A DNA stretch of 64,000 nucleotides from an uncultured bacterium (GTDB taxonomy: Bacteria > Verrucomicrobiota > Verrucomicrobiia > Limisphaerales > JACDHS01). A program made the translations under genes and the position numbers. Shown here one piece after another: positions 36,280-43,222 of this stretch (the first letter of the stretch is position 1; each line of letters opens with the position of its first letter). Below the pieces are notes generated by a model that saw only the letters and a list, made by a program, of their open reading frames with translations, made no database searches and was not told the DNA's origin. The stretch is from positions 40,053 to 104,052 of the forward strand of contig CBHWET010000001.1 in the NCBI GenBank assembly GCA_966112985.1, read 5' to 3'.

Positions 36280-37448
36280 CGACCCGCTTCATTGGACTGC
36301 TCGAATGCGGGTAGTTGGTTCACTGCCTTGCTCAATACGTCCATTGGCAAGTGCGTATACAGGTTATTGATCTCGTCGCTGCTGTGACCGACGAGTGCTT
36401 TCGCGACCTCACTGTTGCTGCCGGTTGCCTTTAGGAATGTGACATTTGTATGTCGCAGCGAGTGAAATGACAGACCGTTATAATCGTGTTTGCCGCTGCG
36501 CCCGTTTTTCTTGCCTTCATGTGTGCGAGGTGAAGCTAGTCCTGCGGGAACCAGGATCTGTTCGTAAAACTGATTGCTAAAGACTTTCGCCTTTAAGCGT
36601 TCGTAGCGTTCAGCCTGCTCGGGCCAGACATAATCGGATGCTTTCGTCGTCTTGGGGAGTCCGCTGAAAACTTCTTCCAACACCTTTCGAAAACCCTGAG
36701 CGATCGGAATATGAACAGTTTTGCCGGTCTTGCGGGTTAAAATATTGATTTCATTCCTCTCAAAATCCACGGCTCCCTTCGGGATGGTAATCAGATCTCC
36801 CATTCGCAAGCCGGTATAAAAGCCACCTGAAATCATGTATCTCCAAAAAAGATCCGGGGCCTTATCGTAAATCCGCTTCAGTTCCGAAAGTGTAAATGGC
36901 CGGCGATTGAGTCCCTCGTCTCTGCTCTGCTTGAAGACCTTAATTGGTGCGACAGGATTGGTCGTGAGTTTGGAGTTTTTGACTGCCCAAATGAAAAAGA
37001 CGGCGAGAATCGTTCGATAAAGATTCGCGGTACTGGCTGTAACGGTCGCTCGCTTTCGTATCAGAAACGATCGGAGAACGTCAGTACTGATGTCTCGCAG
37101 AAGTGGTGCTTTGTCAGAAGCGTTTACGAACACGGAAAGCTCGTCCGCTACCTTTTGGTACTTTGCAAGCGTTGCCTCGGCTGTGCTTCCCTCGCATTCC
37201 TTGAGCCATTCGGCCACACAAGTCTTTAGTGTGATCTTCGGGGTTGGGGACGAGCCGGTCAGAGATTCAATCAATTGTTCGGTCAATTTGCCGCTCGACC
37301 TGGCGTTGTGCAAAAAGTTGAACTCTTGCAATTTTTCCTCGGCCTTCTTCCGATCCGTTTCGCCCGTGCTTTGTAAGAATTGTTTGCCATTGACTCTCCA
37401 TCCGATCCACCATTTCCCGCTATCAGGTCTCTTGTATAACCATGCCAT
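36276..37448 (-). CDS. Tyrosine recombinase / phage-type integrase
   Basis: The C-terminal catalytic region is LSFHSLRHTNVTFLKATG...LVGHSSDEINNLYTH (R...HxxR...Y). The N-terminus MAWLYKRPDSGKWWIGWRVNGKQF is typical of integrase SAM-like/arm-binding starts. I trimmed the start to ATG 37448. Confidence 0.9.
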   Translation of the reverse strand: MAWLYKRPDSGKWWIGWRVNGKQFLQSTGETDRKKAEEKLQEFNFLHNARSSGKLTEQLIESLTGSSPTPKITLKTCVAEWLKECEGSTAEATLAKYQKVADELSVFVNASDKAPLLRDISTDVLRSFLIRKRATVTASTANLYRTILAVFFIWAVKNSKLTTNPVAPIKVFKQSRDEGLNRRPFTLSELKRIYDKAPDLFWRYMISGGFYTGLRMGDLITIPKGAVDFERNEINILTRKTGKTVHIPIAQGFRKVLEEVFSGLPKTTKASDYVWPEQAERYERLKAKVFSNQFYEQILVPAGLASPRTHEGKKNGRSGKHDYNGLSFHSLRHTNVTFLKATGSNSEVAKALVGHSSDEINNLYTHLPMDVLSKAVNQLPAFEQSNEAGR

Positions 37449-37554
37449 CTTGCAGCAACATAGACCGTATGTAAAACGTATGCAAATCACTGATATTCAT
37501 TGTTGCTCATACCCAATAAAATCAATGGTTTTGAACGTTGATGAAGATGGTTGC

Positions 37555-37588
37555 CGAAGCCCGGGTTCGATTCCCGGTAGGGTCGCCA
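37555..37588 (+). other. Truncated tRNA 3' end (T-arm + 3' acceptor strand + discriminator + CCA); probable att core of the integrative element
   Basis: CCGGG-TTCGATT-CCCGG (37561-37577) is a canonical T-stem/loop. It is followed by TAGGGTC (acceptor 3' strand), G and CCA (37586-37588). The complementary 5' acceptor strand GACCCTA and a D-arm are not present in the ~75 nt upstream, so this is not an intact tRNA gene. Confidence 0.65.
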
Positions 37589-37598
37589 ATTTTTTGTA

Positions 37599-38335
37599 CT
37601 AATCCACCTTTCGGAGTCATCGGAAACGTCTTTTGACAGTCAAAATTCGGTTGCGGACGTCCGCGAGCATCTTTTGAGCATCAGAATTCTCTTGCGGGCG
37701 TTCGCGACCGTTTTTTGAGCCTCAAAATTTTGTTTCGGAGGTCCGCGACGGTTTTTTGGGCGTCAGAATTCCGTTGCGGAGCTCACCGACCGTTTTCTGA
37801 GCGTCAAAATTGCGTCTCGGAACTCCGCGACGGTTTTGTGACGGTCAGAATTCGCTTATGAACGTCCGCGACGGCTTTTCGCGCGTCAAAATTTCCTCTC
37901 GATCGTCCCCGACGATTTTTGGGCGATCCGTTTTCGGTTGCGTACGTTCCTGACGGGTTTTTTGCTGTCAGATTTGGTTGTGCACGTCAGCGAAGATTTT
38001 TTGATGATAAAAATTCTGTTGCGGACGTCCACAAAGGTTATTTAACGGTCAAAATTTCCTTTCAAGCGACTTGGGGGCGGTTTGCGCGCCAATTTTTGCT
38101 CGTGCACGTTCGCAACTCTTTTTTGAGTGTCGAAATTGTCTTGCAGACGTGCGCGGGTGTTTTTTGACCGTAAAAATTTGCTCGTTTACGTCGCCGGCTG
38201 TCTTTGAGCGACGAAATTTGGCCGGGGACGTCCTCGGGTATTTTGTAATCGCCAAAATTCCGTTGTGAACGTTCGCGACGATCTTTTCAGCGTCAAATTT
38301 TGCTCGCAGACGTTCGCGAGCATCTACTACGAGTT
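37599..38335 (+). repeat. About 17 tandem copies of a degenerate 41-bp unit (approximate consensus TCAAAATTnnGTTGCGGACGTCCGCGACGnTTTTTTGAGCG)
   Basis: The unit-start motif TCA[A/G]AATT (or a degenerate form) occurs at 37640, 37681, 37722, 37763, 37804, 37845, 37886, 37927, 37968, 38008, 38049, ~38089, 38130, 38171, ~38211, 38252 and 38293. Spacing is 41 bp throughout, with one 40. The best-conserved core is nACGTn inside an imperfect palindrome, which is perfect (GCGGACGTCCGC) at 37653-37664. Confidence 0.85.
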
Positions 38336-38432
38336 AAGAACTAGCCGCTTACGTTTTTTACACCGTCCCAAACCTCATCCGGTCGTCGAAATCAATTTCC
38401 AACGTGCCCGGGAGGGGATTTTGGCAATCACT

Positions 38433-39905
38433 CTAAGCCAGAAGCTTGGTTATCAATTCCCCGTGGACGTCCGTTAGCCTGAAGTCGCGGCCCTGGAACC
38501 GGAATGTCAGGTTCGTATGCTCCAGACCGAGCAAGTGAAGAATCGTCGCGTGAATGTCATGCACGTGGCATCGGTCAGCTACGGGGCTGAATCCGAATTC
38601 GTCCGTTTCGCCCAGCACCTGACCGCTTTTCACTCCGCCGCCAGCAAACCACATCGTGAAAGTATCGATGTGATGATTACGGCCCGTGCTCTCCCGGTTT
38701 TCGCCCATTGGCGTTCGGCCAAATTCACCGCCCCAGACCACGAGCGTTTCGTCGAGCAAACCTCTTTGTTTGAGATCTTTTACAAGCGCGGCTTGTGCCT
38801 GGTCGACTTCCTTGCAGATTTTCTCAAAAGATTTTTCCAAATCTTCGCCCGGACCTCCGTGGCTGTCCCAATTGGTGTGATACAGCTGCACAAACCGGAC
38901 TCCACGCTCGATCAAGCGACGGGACAGCAGACAATTCCGGGCAAAGGAAGCCTCACCGGGTTTGACACCGTACAAGTCAAGGGTCGCCTGGCTTTCGTCG
39001 GAAAGATCAATCAGATCAGGCGCACTCGTCTGCATGCGATACGCCATTTCGTATGCGGAAATACGTGTTCGGATCTCATCATCGCCGGTATCCACCAGTC
39101 GTTTCAGGTTCAGATCGCGAATCGCATCGATCGTCTTGCGCTGACGAGTTGCGGTGACTCCTTGCGGGCTACTTAAATTGAGAATCGGTTCGCCCTGCCC
39201 TCGTAACGGCACACCTTGATAGCTCGTCGGAAGAAAGCCGCTGGTCCAATTCATCGCGCCACCGCGCGGACCGCGTGGCCCGGATTGCAGAACGACAAAA
39301 CCGGGAAGATTCTGGCATTCGCTGCCGATCCCATAGGTAACCCACGCTCCCATGCTCGGACGTCCGAACTGCGTTGAACCAGTGTTCATGAACAACTTGG
39401 CGGGCGCATGGTTAAATACGTCAGTCGCGCAGGTTTTAAGAATTGTAATGTCGTCAACGATTCCGGCTGTGTGCGGAAAGAGTTCAGAAACGAAAGCTCC
39501 GCTTTGACCGTGCTGGCTGAACTTGCGGCGCGTGCCAAGAAGTTTCGGAGGATCCTTTGCAAACGTATCCATGAACGCGAAACGTTTGCCCTCGATGTAC
39601 GACTTCGGAATCGCCTGTCCGTTGTATTTAACAAGGTCAGGCTTGTAATCGAAGAGTTCCAGTTGACTCGGCCCGCCGGCCATGAACAGGTAAATGATGT
39701 TCTTCGCTTTGCCACCAAAGTGCGGAAGTTTTGGTTCCAGCGGGTTAACGAGCTTCGCCGGCCCGGCACCGAACAATTTGTTTTCGCTCATCAACGCGCC
39801 GAGGGCGATTCCACCAAGGCCAATCGCACATTTGCTGAAGAAATGACGGCGGGTGATCTCTTCGAGATTTCCTTGATGCTGCGGATTAACAAAAAAATGG
39901 GACAT
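38433..39905 (-). CDS. DUF1501 domain protein (sulfatase-fold, Tat signal)
   Basis: 490 aa with a twin-arginine-type N-terminus (ITRRHFFSKCAIGLGG) and the conserved block LYHTNWDSHGG. It is paired with an upstream PSD1-type gene, as is usual in Planctomycetes/Verrucomicrobia. Confidence 0.85.
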   Translation of the reverse strand: MSHFFVNPQHQGNLEEITRRHFFSKCAIGLGGIALGALMSENKLFGAGPAKLVNPLEPKLPHFGGKAKNIIYLFMAGGPSQLELFDYKPDLVKYNGQAIPKSYIEGKRFAFMDTFAKDPPKLLGTRRKFSQHGQSGAFVSELFPHTAGIVDDITILKTCATDVFNHAPAKLFMNTGSTQFGRPSMGAWVTYGIGSECQNLPGFVVLQSGPRGPRGGAMNWTSGFLPTSYQGVPLRGQGEPILNLSSPQGVTATRQRKTIDAIRDLNLKRLVDTGDDEIRTRISAYEMAYRMQTSAPDLIDLSDESQATLDLYGVKPGEASFARNCLLSRRLIERGVRFVQLYHTNWDSHGGPGEDLEKSFEKICKEVDQAQAALVKDLKQRGLLDETLVVWGGEFGRTPMGENRESTGRNHHIDTFTMWFAGGGVKSGQVLGETDEFGFSPVADRCHVHDIHATILHLLGLEHTNLTFRFQGRDFRLTDVHGELITKLLA

Positions 39906-39908
39906 AGG

Positions 39909-42434
39909 TCACTCTCTGGAAATCGTTTCGTCGAGGTTCAACAGGACACGAGCGACGGTGATCCACGCAGCCAGGTTTTTGGCGTCGACATCTTTCGGCG
40001 CCTCTTTCCCAACGAACTGCGCTGCCTCCGCGTCCGCAGCAGTGAAACTCTTCAGCTCATCATCGAGTAACTGCTTAAGACGTTCGCGTTCGTCCTTCTT
40101 TGGCTCGCGCGCAAGGCAAAGCTGAAATGCATAATCCAGCCGTTTCGTTTCGTTTCTTGGCTCATCCTTCAACACACGCAACGCCAGTCCCTTCGCCATT
40201 TCGACGAACGCTTGTTCATTCAACAGCGTCAGCGATTGCAACGGTGTGTTCGAACGAATTCGTCGCGTGCACACACTTGTCGAATCCGGAGCATCAAACA
40301 CAACCAATGAAGGCGGCGGCGTCGCGCGGTAGAAGAACGTATACATTCCGCGGCGGTATCGACCGGAACCGCTGCTCACGTTCCAATCCCGCTTTACCTG
40401 CCCGAGAGTCATGACGCCATCGGGAATTGGCGGGTAAACGCTCGGGCCGCCGATATCGCCCGATAGCAAGCCGGCAGCAGCGAGTTCAACGTCACGAACA
40501 ACCTCGGCTTCCAGACGGAATCGGTTTTGCCGCGCCAGCAATTTATTGTACGGATCACGTTCTTTGAGGTCAGGACGCATGTTTGACGATTGCCGGTAAG
40601 TCGCAGAGGTCACAATCAACCGGTGCATCTTTTTCAGACTCCACTGTTGATTCATGAACTCGCGCGCAAGCCAGTCGAGGAGTTCGGGATGGCTTGGAGC
40701 AGTCCCCTGGGTACCGAAATCATTGTCCGTCTCCACAATGCCTTTGCCGAAATAACGCATCCAAATGCGATTGATCGTGACGCGTGCGGTGAGTGGATTT
40801 TTTGGATCAACCAGCCATTTCGCGAGATCAAGACGGTTTGCCGAGTTATCGATGCCCCGCACGGAACCCCCCATTTGGTCACTGACAATCTTGGGAAATC
40901 CGGGAAACACGCGCGCGGCATGGCGGGTGAAGTCGCCTTTTGTGAAAACAAATGACTCACGTGGTTCTTTCCGTTCTTCCAAAACCATTGTGCTTGTGAC
41001 CTGCGGCTTTTGTTTTTCCAACTTCAAGTACTTCGCCTTCTGTTTTTTGTAGGCTTCGTCGCCTTTCTTAACCTCATCGACCAACAAGAGCTTTTCTTTC
41101 AGGGTGCGCTTGTCCGGAGTCGTTTCCAAAACGCGTTTTATCGCGGATGACAATTTGGCAATTTCGGCGGTTGATAGCGCTTTTTGCCACTCGGTCACGG
41201 CGTCCGCCGTTTCGCTGATGTAACGTGTGAGGGCCGACTCGAGTTGATCGAGTTCTTTCTTGTGTCGCTCGATCTTTTCTTGCTCAGGCCCGGTCGCCAG
41301 CTGCAGGTCTGGCTCGTCCTGGTTGTTGAGAAAAGCAAACAGCTGATAATATTCCTTCTGCATTAACGGATCGAACTTGTGGTCGTGGCATTGGCAACAA
41401 CCGACTGTCAGGCCAAGCCAGGTTGTTCCAGTGGTGTTGACACGATCGAACACCGACTCAATGCGAAACTGTTCTTTATCGATGCCACCTTCCTGGTTGA
41501 TCATCGTATTCCGATAAAAGCCCGTCGCGATTTTCTGATCCGCTGTCGCATTGGGGAGCAGGTCGCCGGCAACTTGCTCGATCGTGAACTGATCGAAAGG
41601 CATATCGGCGTTGAACGCGTTGATCACCCAATCGCGGTATTTCCAAATTTGCCGGGGCGCGTCGACGCTATACCCGTTCGAATCGGCATAATGCGCTGCG
41701 TCCAGCCAATGACGCGCCCAGCGTTCGCCGTAATGAGGATTGTTCAACAAGCGATCGACCACTTTCTCGTATGCGTCCGCACTTGTATCTTTTAGGAACA
41801 GATGCACCTCTTCAACTGACGGCGGCAATCCAATGAGGTCCAGGTACACGCGCCGGATTAGAGTAACTTTGTCCGCCCCCGCCGATGGTTTCATATTCTG
41901 CTTTTCCAACTTCGACACAACAAAACTGTCGATTGGATTTCGCACCCATTTTTTATTTCTGACTTTGGGCACTTCGACGACTGCTGGCGGTGGGACAAAA
42001 CTCCAATGTAAAATGGCATCGGGCTTTTCGTTGGCCGGCGCTTTCGCGCCTTCATCCACCCAGCGCTTCAACAACGCGATCTTCTCCTCGTCGAGTGGTG
42101 ATTTTTTGTAGGGCATGCGAGGGAGATCTTTCGCAGTGCCTTGAACCGCTTTGATTAACAAGCTCTCTTCGCCTTTCCCGGCAACGACAGCGGGTCCCGA
42201 TTGCCCCCCTGTGAAAAGTGCTGCCGCGGTGTCAGCACGTAAGCCGTGCTTCTGCTGAGTCGTACTGTGACATTGATAACAAGCCGTCGAGAGGATTGGC
42301 TTGATCTCTTTCATGTAGTCAACGGGTTCGGCTGCAAGACGTGCAAGCGAGGTCAAAAGCACGGCATGTGAAGCAAACAAGAACTTATAGGAACACCAGT
42401 TTCGTATTCGTTTCATCAATGGCGGAGGCAACAA
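39909..42434 (-). CDS. PSD1-type protein: planctomycete cytochrome-c-like domain + DUF1549 + DUF1553
   Basis: 841 aa with CYQCHS near the N-terminus, RRVYLDLIGLPPS (DUF1549) and CCQCHDHKFDP (DUF1553 region). Confidence 0.85.
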   Translation of the reverse strand: MLPPPLMKRIRNWCSYKFLFASHAVLLTSLARLAAEPVDYMKEIKPILSTACYQCHSTTQQKHGLRADTAAALFTGGQSGPAVVAGKGEESLLIKAVQGTAKDLPRMPYKKSPLDEEKIALLKRWVDEGAKAPANEKPDAILHWSFVPPPAVVEVPKVRNKKWVRNPIDSFVVSKLEKQNMKPSAGADKVTLIRRVYLDLIGLPPSVEEVHLFLKDTSADAYEKVVDRLLNNPHYGERWARHWLDAAHYADSNGYSVDAPRQIWKYRDWVINAFNADMPFDQFTIEQVAGDLLPNATADQKIATGFYRNTMINQEGGIDKEQFRIESVFDRVNTTGTTWLGLTVGCCQCHDHKFDPLMQKEYYQLFAFLNNQDEPDLQLATGPEQEKIERHKKELDQLESALTRYISETADAVTEWQKALSTAEIAKLSSAIKRVLETTPDKRTLKEKLLLVDEVKKGDEAYKKQKAKYLKLEKQKPQVTSTMVLEERKEPRESFVFTKGDFTRHAARVFPGFPKIVSDQMGGSVRGIDNSANRLDLAKWLVDPKNPLTARVTINRIWMRYFGKGIVETDNDFGTQGTAPSHPELLDWLAREFMNQQWSLKKMHRLIVTSATYRQSSNMRPDLKERDPYNKLLARQNRFRLEAEVVRDVELAAAGLLSGDIGGPSVYPPIPDGVMTLGQVKRDWNVSSGSGRYRRGMYTFFYRATPPPSLVVFDAPDSTSVCTRRIRSNTPLQSLTLLNEQAFVEMAKGLALRVLKDEPRNETKRLDYAFQLCLAREPKKDERERLKQLLDDELKSFTAADAEAAQFVGKEAPKDVDAKNLAAWITVARVLLNLDETISRE

Positions 42435-42553
42435 GGTTTACTCTGTTGCTAATCCTAAATCCAGATTGTTCTCCGAAATATAGGCGTCGACAGCATGGAT
42501 TCGGTGCGAAGATTGAATTTCAGTCCGATTATGGCTCTTAGGCAGCGGCCCAG

Positions 42554-43222
42554 TTAGCGAAACAGCGATCGCGGTAATTCCATCAATTCGCCTTCTTTGA
42601 TAGCAAATACACGATCGCGTTTTGTAGGCTTTACCGGGTGTGTTCCAGTGAAGCTGCCAAACGCTGGCAGCACAGCGATCTCCTCGCCAAAAAGGAAACA
42701 GGGCAGTCGTAGATTGGATCCAAAATCCTGGTGAAATGAAATCGACGGATGAAGATGCCCGGCCAAAACGTATCGACTCTTCACCGGGTTCGGCTCGTGA
42801 CAGAACGCGAACGGTCCTTCGAGCAATTCATTACCGAGCGGTTCGATATTCCAACATTCGGGCGGACGCCCGGCGAGCCGGTCGTGATTGCCGGTGATCA
42901 ATTGGGTCTTCAATGTTTTGTGCCGACCGCACCACGCATCGAGCGCTTCCATCGTCGCCGCGCTTCGACCGGTTCGGGCGTGAAGAAAATCTCCGAGGAT
43001 CAGAAGCCGTTCGGCACAACTCGTCGTCAGCAAGGTGTCGAGTCGTTGTAAATCGTGTGCCGTCAAATTCTCCGGCACCGCCACTCCCGCATGGCGAAAC
43101 GTCGAGGCTTTACCGAAATGCGGATCGCTGATGATCAGCGTCGAGGCTGACTTCCAAAAAATTGCTGCTTCAGCAAACAATTCGAATTGTTCTCCTGCAC
43201 AGATGAACGCCAATGACTTCAC
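42554..43222 (-). CDS. pdeM: Ligase-associated DNA damage response phosphoesterase PdeM
   Basis: Metallophosphoesterase motifs are present: ISDPHFGK, LLILGDFLHA, TGNHD, AGHLHP. I placed the start at GTG 43222, which overlaps the helicase stop as GTGA. The track ORF start 43285 would overlap by 67 nt. Confidence 0.8.
   Translation of the reverse strand: MKSLAFICAGEQFELFAEAAIFWKSASTLIISDPHFGKASTFRHAGVAVPENLTAHDLQRLDTLLTTSCAERLLILGDFLHARTGRSAATMEALDAWCGRHKTLKTQLITGNHDRLAGRPPECWNIEPLGNELLEGPFAFCHEPNPVKSRYVLAGHLHPSISFHQDFGSNLRLPCFLFGEEIAVLPAFGSFTGTHPVKPTKRDRVFAIKEGELMELPRSLFR

Larger units (their letters stand above)
27087..37588. mobile_element. Putative integrative element (satellite/IME-like); right end at the tRNA fragment, left end not determined
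   Basis: The evidence is the integrase, excisionase-type HTH, Rep-like, DUF3987-like, XRE and ParB-HTH-like genes, the phage Gp37/Gp68-family gene, iteron-like repeats and the tRNA 3' fragment adjacent to int. I could not find a convincing second copy of the att core inside the window. Confidence 0.5.

Noticed and set aside
37599-38335. CRISPR array interpretation of the tandem repeat
   Set aside because: The period is 41 bp, too short for repeat+spacer. There is no alternation of invariant repeats with unique spacers because the whole unit is degenerate. No cas genes are nearby.
37919-38477. Four ORF-track entries (37919..38167 +, 38049..38255 -, 38071..38268 +, 38265..38477 +) lying on the 41-bp repeat array
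   Set aside because: They are by-products of the repeat. Their translations are low-complexity (F/R/V-rich), they overlap each other in several frames, and 41 bp is not divisible by 3, so no frame is conserved between units.
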